This document shows, piece by piece, positions 9,002 to 17,895 of a DNA stretch of 64,000 nucleotides. Within the stretch, counting starts at the first letter, position 1; each line of letters starts with the position of its first letter. The DNA comes from an uncultured Actinomycetes bacterium (GTDB taxonomy: Bacteria; Actinomycetota; UBA4738; HRBIN12): the NCBI GenBank assembly GCA_963766935.1, contig CAVYBY010000002.1:289372-353371 (forward strand), written 5' to 3'. The notes under the pieces were generated by a model. The model made no database searches, was not told the DNA's origin, and saw only the letters and a list, made by a program, of their open reading frames with translations. A program made the translations under genes and the position numbers.

Positions 9002-9844
9002 TCAGCCGACGACGCTGACGCCGAGCGCGAGGCCGATGAGGTAGGTGCCGAGCGCCGCCGCCCCGCCGATCAGCAGCATCCGGGCTCCCGAACGCAGGGC
9101 CGATCGTCCGGTGATCCGTGACGTCAGCACACCGACCGACGCGAGCGCGACTCCGGCGAGGACCGACGACCAGGCGATGCCGACGCCGCCACCGACGAAC
9201 AGGAACGGGATCAGCGGGACCGTCGCGCCGACCGCGAAGGTGAGGAACGAGCTGACCGCCGCGCCGATGGGGGACCCGAGGCCCTCATGCGGATCGATGC
9301 CCAGCTCTTCACGCGCGTGGGCGTCCAGCGCGGTCGCGGGGTCGCCCATGAGCACGGTTGCGACCTGGCGGGCGAGCTCCGCCGGGATGCCCTTGGCGCG
9401 GTAGATGTCCGCGAGCTCCTCGGTCTCACCTTCCGGATCGCCGGCCAGCTCGTGCGCCTCCAGATGCAGCATGCGCTCGAGGACCTCGCGCTGAACGCGC
9501 ATCGAGACGTATTCACCGGCGCCCATCGAGCCCGCGCCGGCGATCAGCCCGGAGATGCCCGCGAGCACGATCACCCCCTTGGACTGCGAGGCGCCGGCAA
9601 AGCCCATCAGCAACGCCGTGTTCGACACGAGCCCGTCGTTCACCCCGAAGATCGCCGCCCGGAGGGTGCCGCTCTTTCCGCCCCTGACCGTCTGCTCCTG
9701 CTCGTCCGGACCGTCGTGCGGCAGCACGCCCCGGCGCGCGCGTCGCGCCAGAAGCCGCCGAATCCCGGTCAGCTCGGGAAGCTGCGCTTTGGTTTGCCGG
9801 TCTTCGGGCGTGAGGGTCACGGCCTCCGAGGATAATGGCCCCAT
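9002..9844 (-). CDS. VIT1/CCC1 family iron/manganese transporter
   Basis: Conserved N-terminal motif LRAAIFGVNDGLVSNTALLMG, acidic linker, then C-terminal TM helices. Confidence 0.85.
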   Translation of the reverse strand: MGPLSSEAVTLTPEDRQTKAQLPELTGIRRLLARRARRGVLPHDGPDEQEQTVRGGKSGTLRAAIFGVNDGLVSNTALLMGFAGASQSKGVIVLAGISGLIAGAGSMGAGEYVSMRVQREVLERMLHLEAHELAGDPEGETEELADIYRAKGIPAELARQVATVLMGDPATALDAHAREELGIDPHEGLGSPIGAAVSSFLTFAVGATVPLIPFLFVGGGVGIAWSSVLAGVALASVGVLTSRITGRSALRSGARMLLIGGAAALGTYLIGLALGVSVVG

Positions 9845-10289
9845 GGCGACGACGGACGTCGGCAGGTTGCTTCTGGAGGCCCATCGTTCGATCGCCGGCG
9901 AGCTTGCGGCGGAGCTCGACGAGCGCGGATTCTCCGATGTCCGGCCCGGTCACGCGGCGGTCTTTCTCAGTGTCGACCGCCGAAGTGGCACCCGGTTGAC
10001 GGAGCTCGCGCGCCGGGGGCGCATGACGAAGCAGGGCATGATGCTCGCCGTCGACGACCTGGAGGCGCGCGGCTACGTACGGCGCGTCCCGGACCCGGAG
10101 GACGGCCGGGCGAAGGTCGTCCGTCTCACCGCTCGGGGGCGCCGGTGCGCGGCCGAGTGCCGCCGGGCGATCCAGGCGATCGAAGCCCGGACGCGCCGCG
10201 CGATCGGCGATCGCCGGTTCGAGGCGTTTCGCGAGACCCTCGAGGACCTCGTGGCCGAGGCAGAGGACGAGGACGCGTCGGAGCTCTGA
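9843..10289 (+). CDS. MarR family transcriptional regulator
   Basis: 148 aa winged-helix protein (TRLTELARRGRMTKQGMMLAVDDLEARGYVRRVPDPEDGRAKVVRLT). Divergent from the VIT gene. Confidence 0.85.
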   Translation: MATTDVGRLLLEAHRSIAGELAAELDERGFSDVRPGHAAVFLSVDRRSGTRLTELARRGRMTKQGMMLAVDDLEARGYVRRVPDPEDGRAKVVRLTARGRRCAAECRRAIQAIEARTRRAIGDRRFEAFRETLEDLVAEAEDEDASEL

Positions 10290-10312
10290 TCGGCGGTCGT
10301 ACCATTGACCGC

Positions 10313-10807
10313 ATGAGCCGGCCGGAGGCGCGCGGAAAGACCGGCACCCCCAGCAAGACTCGTCTCAAGCCGGCGCGGCCGCGCGATCGGCTCGGCCGGC
10401 CGCTGGCGTGGGAGGCGACCAACGAGCTCGAGCTCGAGGACTACGACTCGAAACCGCTCGAGGAGAACCACGAATTGGGAAGGGCGGCCACGCGCGCCGG
10501 CAGGTACTTCCCGGCACACGAAGCCTGGGAGACGGCCTGGAAGCAGGCCCGTGGTACCGGAGACGAAGAGTTCTTCAAAGGGCTGTCTCAGATGGGCGCG
10601 GGGTATGTGCATCTGTTGCGTGGCAACGCTCATGGCGCAATCACGCTGCTCCGGCGGGCGGCGAGCCGCATCACTCGCTACCCCGATCCGCACCACGAGA
10701 TCGCCACGGCCGCGCTGACCTCCCGGCTGGAGTCCGACGCCGAACGGGTCGCGAGCGGGGACCTCGTCCCGGGCGAGACGGCGACGTTCGAGCCCCCGGA
10801 CGTGTAG
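10313..10807 (+). CDS. DUF309 domain protein
   Basis: Pattern FPAHEAWETAWK...GLSQMGAGYVHLLRGN resembles the DUF309 signature. Start ATG at 10313. Confidence 0.6.
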   Translation: MSRPEARGKTGTPSKTRLKPARPRDRLGRPLAWEATNELELEDYDSKPLEENHELGRAATRAGRYFPAHEAWETAWKQARGTGDEEFFKGLSQMGAGYVHLLRGNAHGAITLLRRAASRITRYPDPHHEIATAALTSRLESDAERVASGDLVPGETATFEPPDV

Positions 10808-10818
10808 CCTTCCCTCGA

Positions 10819-11541
10819 ATGGCATCGCTGACCACCCGTGAAATCGAATGGAAAGGCAGGACCGGTCCCTTCGGGATCCTGCTTGGACCGGGCGTGTTCA
10901 GCCCCACCGCCACCAGCCGGACGATGGCCGACGCCATCGAACTGGACCCCAGCGACACGGTCATCGATGTCGGCTGCGGCAGCGGCGTCCTTTCGTTCGT
11001 CGCCGCGAGACTGGGTGCCAAGCAAGTCATCGGTTGCGATCTCTCCGGGCCCGCGGTCGAAGCGGCCAGGGAGAATGCCAAGCGGCTCGGGCTCCAGGAC
11101 GTCTGTGAGTTTCGCCAGGGCGACCTGCTCGAGCCGGTGCGGGACGTCCGCGCCAGCGTCTTGATCGGCGACGTCTCGGGCATTCCCGACGAGATCGCGC
11201 GCGTCTCGGGTTGGTTCGACGACGTGCCGGCCGGTGGACCGACCGGGGCGGAGCTGCCGAGAAAGATGCTTGCTTCGATCGGTGACACGCTCGCACCTGG
11301 TGGGCGGCTCTATCTTCCGACCGGGTCGATCCAGGACGAGGGGGCCATCCTCGAGGCCGCTCGCTCCGTGTTCGGCGCCGCCAACATCCAGCAGATGCTC
11401 GAGCGCGAGTTCCCGCTTCCCGACCTCGTGGCGAAGTCCAAGGCGGTCGCGCGGATGATGAAGGAAGGCCTGCTCAATCTTCATCGTCGCGGCAGCCGGC
11501 TGCTGTGGAGCCTCCGTATCTGGAGATGCGTCCGCGACTAG
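10819..11541 (+). CDS. Class I SAM-dependent methyltransferase
   Basis: Motif I VIDVGCGSGVLS and an acidic residue after the beta-2 strand (GCDLS). Confidence 0.8.
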   Translation: MASLTTREIEWKGRTGPFGILLGPGVFSPTATSRTMADAIELDPSDTVIDVGCGSGVLSFVAARLGAKQVIGCDLSGPAVEAARENAKRLGLQDVCEFRQGDLLEPVRDVRASVLIGDVSGIPDEIARVSGWFDDVPAGGPTGAELPRKMLASIGDTLAPGGRLYLPTGSIQDEGAILEAARSVFGAANIQQMLEREFPLPDLVAKSKAVARMMKEGLLNLHRRGSRLLWSLRIWRCVRD

Positions 11542-11557
11542 CCGCGCATGCGCGGGC

Positions 11558-12073
11558 TCAGGCCCGCGAATCGTCCGGCCGAACCTCGGCCACCGCGTCC
11601 ACCTCGTAGCCCGCCGAGCGCAGATGCTCGCCGCCTCCGCGGTCGATGGCGAGAATGATCCGTTCGATCGTGGCGCCCGAAGCCTGCAGGATCTCGGCCG
11701 CCGCCCGCACCTGATGTCCGGTCGTGCTCACGTCCTCGAGCAGGGCGACGCGGGCCCCGGCCTGAAGCGTTCCCTCGATCTGCTGCCGCGTCCCGTAGGC
11801 CTTCGGCTCCTTGCGCACGACGACCACCGGGAGCCCGGTGTGCAGCGATACGGCGGCCACGAGCAGCATCGCGGCTCCCTCCGGCGCCGCCAGCATGGTG
11901 ATCCCGTCCGGCAGCCGGTCGCCGACCGCGGCCGCGATCTCGCGCAGCAGATCGGGACGCGTGAGGAACAGGAACTTGTCGAGGTAGACGCCGGAGCGGG
12001 CGCCGCTCGACAGTTCGAAGTCTCCGTGAAGCTCGGAGACCTCGAGCATCCGCCGGACCAGGTCGTCGCCCAC
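11558..12073 (-). CDS. pyrE: Orotate phosphoribosyltransferase
   Basis: 171 aa. PRPP-binding motif VALLEDVSTTG. Confidence 0.9.
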   Translation of the reverse strand: MGDDLVRRMLEVSELHGDFELSSGARSGVYLDKFLFLTRPDLLREIAAAVGDRLPDGITMLAAPEGAAMLLVAAVSLHTGLPVVVVRKEPKAYGTRQQIEGTLQAGARVALLEDVSTTGHQVRAAAEILQASGATIERIILAIDRGGGEHLRSAGYEVDAVAEVRPDDSRA

Positions 12074-12087
12074 CGGCGCCGAGCATA

Positions 12088-13113
12088 ATGGCGCCGATGG
12101 GCTGGTACGCCGCCGTTGGCCGACCCGTGCTCGCGGCGTTGCCCGCCGAGACGGCCCACCGCGTCGCTCTGGTTCTGCTCGGGCTCCCCCTGCCGTGGGG
12201 CCGGATCGGTGGCGCGCTGGACGACCCCGTGCTCCGGACCGAGCTTGCCGGCATCCCCATCGACAATCCGGTCGGCCTCGCGGCGGGCTTCGACAAGGGG
12301 ATGGAGCGGCTGGATCCGCTGGGCGCGCTCGGCTTCGGCTTCGTGACCGGCGGGACGGTCACGCGCGCGAAGCGTCCCGGCAACCCCGCGCCCCGCATCG
12401 TCCGCGACCGCCCGAACCGCGCGCTCGTGAATTCGATGGGGCTGCCCAACCCGGGAGCGGAGGCCGCCGCCGTCCGGCTGGCCCGGGGGCGGAGAACGGC
12501 GCCGCGGATCGCGAGCGTCGCCGACGAGGATCTGGCGGAGGCGGCCGAGACCGTCTCGCTGCTCGACCCGCTGGTCGACGGGTTCGAGCTCAACGCCAGC
12601 TCGCCGAACGCCGGCTGGGCTCACCGGGCGGCGCACGTCGAGGCTCTGCTCAACGAGCTCCGCGGGCGGACGGTGAAACCGATCTTCCTCAAGCTGCCTC
12701 CGTTCGAGCGCGGCGCCGAGGAAGAACCGGTGCTCGCCATGGCGGTGGCGGCCGGCGCGGCCGGCGCATCGGGGTTGATCTGCTCGAACACGCGGCCGGT
12801 GCAGGAGCGCCGGCTCGCGAGCGGCCGCGGTGGTCTTTCAGGCCCGCCGCTCTTTACCCGGACGCCGCAGATCGTTCGCGCGGTTCGCCGGGCGACCGGC
12901 GCCGCTCTCCCGATCGTTGCCTGTGGTGGCATCGGCTCCACGGACGAAGTCGTGGCGTGCCTGGCGGCGGGGGCGTCCGCGGTCCAGATCTACACCGCCT
13001 TCGTCTACCGGGGCCCGGGGATCGTCGGCGAGCTGACCCGGGGACTGGCAGCCATGCTGCACGCCGAGGGCCGCACCCTGCAGGAGCTCGTCGGCTCGGC
13101 CATCCCGGATTGA
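12088..13113 (+). CDS. pyrD: Dihydroorotate dehydrogenase (quinone), class 2
   Basis: Motifs NPVGLAAGFDK, GFGFVTGGTVT, NSMGLPNPG and CGGIGS. Divergent from pyrE. Confidence 0.9.
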   Translation: MAPMGWYAAVGRPVLAALPAETAHRVALVLLGLPLPWGRIGGALDDPVLRTELAGIPIDNPVGLAAGFDKGMERLDPLGALGFGFVTGGTVTRAKRPGNPAPRIVRDRPNRALVNSMGLPNPGAEAAAVRLARGRRTAPRIASVADEDLAEAAETVSLLDPLVDGFELNASSPNAGWAHRAAHVEALLNELRGRTVKPIFLKLPPFERGAEEEPVLAMAVAAGAAGASGLICSNTRPVQERRLASGRGGLSGPPLFTRTPQIVRAVRRATGAALPIVACGGIGSTDEVVACLAAGASAVQIYTAFVYRGPGIVGELTRGLAAMLHAEGRTLQELVGSAIPD

Positions 13114-13185
13114 GGCGCGGTCTTGCCGCGCCCGGGTCGGCCCGCCAAGATGACCCGATTCCACAAACCGAACAGGGGGGAGAGG

Positions 13186-14289
13186 GTGTCCGACGCCGCC
13201 CAGGCGCCAGAATCGAGCACCGAGGCCGTCCGGTTCGACGGCGTCGTGAAGCGGTTCGGCGATGTCGTCGCCGTCGCAGGGGTCGACCTCGAGATCCGCG
13301 AAGGTGAGTTCTTCTCGATGCTCGGCCCCTCGGGCTCCGGCAAGACGACGTGCCTGCGGATGATCGCGGGCTTCGAGCAGCCGTCGGAAGGACGGATCCT
13401 GCTCGGCGGCCGGGACGTCTCGCGGCTCGCCCCATACGAGCGCGACGTCAACACGGTGTTCCAGGACTACGCACTCTTCCCGCACATGACGGTCGAGCAG
13501 AACGTCGCATACGGGCTCATGGTCAAGAAGGTGGCACGGACCCAGCGGACCGAGCGGGTCGCCCGGGCGCTGGAGATGGTGCGACTCGAAGGGCTCGGGG
13601 ACCGCAAGCCCAGTCAGCTCTCGGGCGGCCAGCGGCAGCGCGTCGCGCTCGCCCGCGCGCTCGTGATGCGGCCCAAGGTGCTGCTCCTGGACGAGCCGCT
13701 CGGAGCCCTCGACCTCAAGCTGCGCCAGGCGATGCAGATCGAGCTCAAAGAGATCCAGCAGGACGTGGGGCTGACGTTCGTCTACGTGACCCACGACCAG
13801 GAGGAAGCGCTCACGATGAGCGACCGCATCGCCGTGTTCAGCCACGGCCGCATCGAGCAGGTCGGATCGCCGGCGGACGTCTACGAGCGTCCGGCGACCG
13901 GCTTCGTGGCCGGGTTCGTCGGGGTCTCCAACGTGCTCGACGGCGAGGCGGCCCGCGCCGTGACCGGCGCGGACGGCGCGTTCACGATCCGCCCGGAGAA
14001 GATCGCAATGGGCGAGCCGGAGGGCCCCGTCGCGGGCGACGAGTGGACGACGACCGGCCGCGTGCGTGAGGTCGTATATCTGGGTGCGATCACGCGATAC
14101 GTGGTCGAGCTGGACGGGGGCGGCGAGCTGGTCGTGATGCGCCAGAATCTCGACACCTCCTCGATGGAGGCACTGCAGGTACGGGGAAGAGCCGTTCGGC
14201 TCGTTTGGAAACGGAGCAACAACCGTCGGGTGGCAGAGGCGGCCGGGGCGGACGAAGGTGCGATGGACCAGGAGGAGGGGGCTCGATGA
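13186..14289 (+). CDS. potA: Spermidine/putrescine ABC transporter ATP-binding protein (PotA-like), copy 1
   Basis: GTG start after GGGGGGAGAGG. Walker [36 protein letters not shown], and a C-terminal TOBE domain. Confidence 0.9.
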   Translation: MSDAAQAPESSTEAVRFDGVVKRFGDVVAVAGVDLEIREGEFFSMLGPSGSGKTTCLRMIAGFEQPSEGRILLGGRDVSRLAPYERDVNTVFQDYALFPHMTVEQNVAYGLMVKKVARTQRTERVARALEMVRLEGLGDRKPSQLSGGQRQRVALARALVMRPKVLLLDEPLGALDLKLRQAMQIELKEIQQDVGLTFVYVTHDQEEALTMSDRIAVFSHGRIEQVGSPADVYERPATGFVAGFVGVSNVLDGEAARAVTGADGAFTIRPEKIAMGEPEGPVAGDEWTTTGRVREVVYLGAITRYVVELDGGGELVVMRQNLDTSSMEALQVRGRAVRLVWKRSNNRRVAEAAGADEGAMDQEEGAR

Positions 14290-15540
14290 TCAGGTGGGCG
14301 AGGGCGGTTGCGGCAGTCGGCGCGGTGGCGCTGGCTGCGGCCGCGTGCAGCAACTCGAACGGTGGGGGGAGCGGGGACAACACCAAGATCGTTCCCGCCA
14401 AGACCTACAGCTCGATCGGCCAAACGGAAGGCGCGTTGTCGCTGATCGCGTGGAACGGCTACACGGAGGACGGATCGAACGATCCCGCCTATGACTGGGT
14501 GACGCCGTTCGAGACGGACACCGGCTGTCAGGTGAACGTTCACTACGCGGATACGTCCGACGAGATGGTGACGTTGATGCGGCAGAGCGGCGGAAGCGCC
14601 TACGACGGTGTGTCGGCATCCGGAGACGCCACCAACCGGCTCATCGCCGGCCACGACGTCGGTGCGATCGACCCGGCGCTCTTCCCGGCCCTTTCCGACG
14701 TCATCGCGCCGCTCAATCCGCAGACCGGCACGAACATCGGCCACTACGCGGTCGACGGCAACATCTACGGCGTGCCGTACATGTACGGCCCCAACTTCCT
14801 CATGTACAACACCGACGTCGTGAAGCCGGCGCCGTCGAGCTGGGACATCACGTTCGAACCCACGCTGGACGGCAGCCCCAATCCGTACGCCGGGAAGCTG
14901 ACGGCCTACGACTCCGCGATCTACATCGCCGACGCGGCGCTGTACCTGAAGGCGCACAACCCCGATCTGGGAATCACCGACCCCTACGAGCTCACGTCCG
15001 ACCAGCTCGACGCCGCGGTGACGCTCCTCGAGGCACAAGCGCCGTTGATCACCAAGTACTGGGCGCTGTACACGCGACGAGATCGACGGCTTCACGGACA
15101 ACTCGATGGTGGCCGGGACGGCGTGGCCGGTGAACATGACCTATGCGAAGGCCGACGTGTCCGTCGCCGCCGTGATCCCGTCGGAGGGCGTCACGGGCTG
15201 GGCCGACACGTGGATGATCTCGGCCAACGCGCCGCACCCCAACTGCATGCTCAAGTGGATGGCGTGGACGCTGACTCCGGACGTACAGGCCGAGGTCGGC
15301 ATCTGGTACGGCGCCGCGGGGAGCAACACGAAGTCCTGCGAGGCCATCGCAAAGAGCCTCGGCAACGGCGGAGAGGACCTCGTCAACACGGTCGAGTACT
15401 CGTTCTGCGGCAACGTGGACTTCCTGAACTCGCTTGCGCTGTGGAAGACACCGCAGGCCAACTGCGGCGACGACCGCGGAGCGACCTGCACCGACTACAG
15501 CGTGTGGCAGCAGAAGTGGACAGAGATTCGAGGCGCCTGA
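14286..15540 (+). pseudogene. potD: PotD/PotF-like periplasmic polyamine-binding lipoprotein, copy 1. Disrupted by a net +1 frameshift near 15070-15080 (possibly an assembly error).
   Basis: Signal/lipobox ...ALAAAACS. The N-terminal 262 codons are in one frame, and the conserved SBP C-terminus (…DEIDGFTDNSMVAGTAWPVN…WQQKWTEI) is in the +1 frame. Total length is 1255 nt, which is 3n+1. Confidence 0.75.
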
Positions 15541-15613
15541 GCGGCGTCGGCCCCGGGGGCGTGTTCGCCCCCGGGGCCGGGCCGCACGCTGCGGGACCGC
15601 CGGGGCGTCGTCC

Positions 15614-16507
15614 ATGACGTCCGAGCGCTCGACCGCCGGGCTGGTTCACCGGGCGTCCACGTTCCTGCACCGCCACCGTGGCCTGCGGCTCGGGGTTCTC
15701 CTGGGCGGGCCGCTGGCCTGGTTCGTCGGGATCTACCTGGGGTCCCTGGTCCTGCTGCTGCTCTCGGCGTTCTGGCACGTCGACGTCTTCACGAGCGAGA
15801 CGGTGCGGACCTGGGACCTCGGGAACTTCCGGATCCTTCTGCGCGATCCCGTCTACCGCACGATCGCGTCCAGGACCCTCCGCCTGTCCGTCGCCGTCAC
15901 CGTCACCGACATCGTCCTGGCGTTCCCGCTGGCCTACTACGCGGCACGGCTCGCGACACCGCGCATGCGGAACGCGCTGCTCGTCGCCGTCATCGTTCCG
16001 CTCTGGGCGAACTATCTCGTGCGGGTCTTCGCCTGGAAGCTGATCCTTTCTCCGGGGGGATTCCTCAACTGGCTGGTCGAGGCGGTCAGCCCCGCCTCGT
16101 TGACGCTCGCCAACTCGGACTGGGCCATCTGGTTGACGTTCAGCTACCTCTGGCTGCCCTTCACGCTGCTCCCGATCTACGGAGCGCTCGAGCGGGTGCC
16201 CGGCTCGTTCCTGGAAGCGTCCTCGGACCTCGGCGCGAAGGGGCTGACCACGTTCCGGCGCGTCGTGCTCCCGCTGGTCGTCCCGGGTGTGGTCGCCGGA
16301 TCCATCTTCTCGTTCTCGCTCACACTGGGCGACTACATCGTGCCGAGTCTGTCGGGCAACACGAAGTTCATCGGCAACGTCATCTTCGACAACGTGGGGG
16401 TCGCGAACAACAGTCCGTTCGCCGCGGCGTTCGCGCTGGTCCCGATCGCCATCATGGCCGTATACCTGCTCCTGGCGAAGCGCGCGGGCGCGTTCGAGGC
16501 GCTCTGA
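15614..16507 (+). CDS. potB: Polyamine ABC transporter permease (PotB-like), copy 1
   Basis: 6 TM. Conserved EAA-type loop LEASSDLGAKGLTTFRRVVLP. Confidence 0.9.
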   Translation: MTSERSTAGLVHRASTFLHRHRGLRLGVLLGGPLAWFVGIYLGSLVLLLLSAFWHVDVFTSETVRTWDLGNFRILLRDPVYRTIASRTLRLSVAVTVTDIVLAFPLAYYAARLATPRMRNALLVAVIVPLWANYLVRVFAWKLILSPGGFLNWLVEAVSPASLTLANSDWAIWLTFSYLWLPFTLLPIYGALERVPGSFLEASSDLGAKGLTTFRRVVLPLVVPGVVAGSIFSFSLTLGDYIVPSLSGNTKFIGNVIFDNVGVANNSPFAAAFALVPIAIMAVYLLLAKRAGAFEAL

Positions 16508-16508
16508 G

Positions 16509-17333
16509 ATGGAGTCCAAGGCGGCGCGATCGCTGATCCGAGCGGGGTCGGTCGTGACGCTTGCGTTCCTGTATCTGCCGCTCGTGATCGCGGTGCTCTA
16601 TGCCTTCAACGACAGTGTCGGGCAGAAATGGCCGATCGAGCGGTTCACCCTGAGGTACTTCAGCCTCGCCTGGCACAACACGGAACTGCGTTCCGCGCTG
16701 ACGAACTCCCTGATCGTTGCGTCGGTCGCGACCGTGCTTGCGTTGTTCCTCGGCAGCGCGGCCGCCTTTGCCGTCCACCGCCACCAATTCTTCGGCCGCA
16801 ACGCCGTGTCGCTGCTGCTGGTGCTGCCGATCTCGCTGCCGGGCATCGCGACGGCGATCGCCCTGAACTCGACGTTCACCAACTTCGGCGTCTCACTCGG
16901 ATTGCTGACGATCATGATCGGGCACTCCACGTTCTGCATCGTGGTGGTCTTCAACAACGTAATCGCGAGGCTGCGGCGCACACCGACCTCGCTCGTCGAG
17001 GCCTCGATGGATCTCGGCGCCGACGGCTGGCAGACCTTCCGCCATGTGACGTTCCCGGCGGTCCGCTCGGCGTTCCTCGCCGGGGGGCTCCTTGCGTTCG
17101 CACTGTCGTTCGACGAGATCATCGTGACCAACTTCTTGGCGGGCTCCGAGCTGACGATCCCGAAGTTCATCTACAACAACCTCAGGCAGCCGAGGAACCG
17201 GCCCATCGTCAACGTGGTCGCGGTGGGCGCCATGGTCGTCATGCTCGTCCCGGTGATGATCGCGCAGCGACTGGCGGGCTCCGCGGAGACCGCGGGGCGT
17301 CCGGCTCGGGGCATCCCCGCCGGCGGCGAGTGA
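16509..17333 (+). CDS. potC: Polyamine ABC transporter permease (PotC-like), copy 1
   Basis: 6 TM. EAA loop VEASMDLGADGWQTFRHVTFP. Starts 2 nt after the potB stop. Confidence 0.9.
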   Translation: MESKAARSLIRAGSVVTLAFLYLPLVIAVLYAFNDSVGQKWPIERFTLRYFSLAWHNTELRSALTNSLIVASVATVLALFLGSAAAFAVHRHQFFGRNAVSLLLVLPISLPGIATAIALNSTFTNFGVSLGLLTIMIGHSTFCIVVVFNNVIARLRRTPTSLVEASMDLGADGWQTFRHVTFPAVRSAFLAGGLLAFALSFDEIIVTNFLAGSELTIPKFIYNNLRQPRNRPIVNVVAVGAMVVMLVPVMIAQRLAGSAETAGRPARGIPAGGE

Positions 17334-17334
17334 C

Positions 17335-17895
17335 CTAGAGGTACGGTCCGCTTCGCTGCTGAGCGTCCGGCGACGGATTCTGCGCGAGGAGACCCCGGCG
17401 CCGAAGCTCTTCGAACTGGGCCCGGGCGGCGGCCTGCTGGGTGAACATCGCGGCTTGGATGCCGTGGAAGAGTCCTTCGAGCCAGCCGACGAGCTGGGCC
17501 TGCGCCACCCGGATCTCGGCGTCGGACGGAACCCCCTCGAGCGGCGGCGCCAGGTCGGCCAGCTCTTGCTGGAGATCGTCGGAAATGACGTCGCCGAGCT
17601 CGCCGATCGATCGCTGATAGATGTCGGCAAGACGCTTGCGACCGGGCTCATCCAGGGTGGCCTGCCGCGTCTCCTCCAGCAGCTCGCGGACCATGGAGGC
17701 GATCCGAAGCAGCTTGCCCGGCTCGGTGACCGCCCCCGCGACGGGGTCGGCGGCGGCCTCGCCCGGCTCGGCCGGGACGGCCTGTACGACCTCCGCGGCC
17801 GGCTCCGGTGGCCCGTTCGGCCGCTCGTCGCTCATGCCGTCCACGCTAGCGCAGCGGCGGGGACGACCGGCACCCGGCCGGGCAAGGGCGCTCAC
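17335..17895 (-). CDS. bpa: Bacterial proteasome activator-like protein (Bpa/PafE family, DUF2587)
   Basis: ~180 aa helical protein ending ...QQRSGPYL. This matches the C-terminal G-x-Y-L proteasome-docking motif (GQYL in mycobacterial Bpa). A Met at 17835 is an alternative start. Confidence 0.6.
   Translation of the reverse strand: MSALARPGAGRPRRCASVDGMSDERPNGPPEPAAEVVQAVPAEPGEAAADPVAGAVTEPGKLLRIASMVRELLEETRQATLDEPGRKRLADIYQRSIGELGDVISDDLQQELADLAPPLEGVPSDAEIRVAQAQLVGWLEGLFHGIQAAMFTQQAAARAQFEELRRRGLLAQNPSPDAQQRSGPYL

Noticed and set aside
11558-13113. Divergent pyrE/pyrD as a special regulatory unit
   Set aside because: Only 14 nt separate the two start codons, with no recognisable PyrR binding loop or attenuator. 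Nothing beyond ordinary divergent housekeeping genes can be supported.
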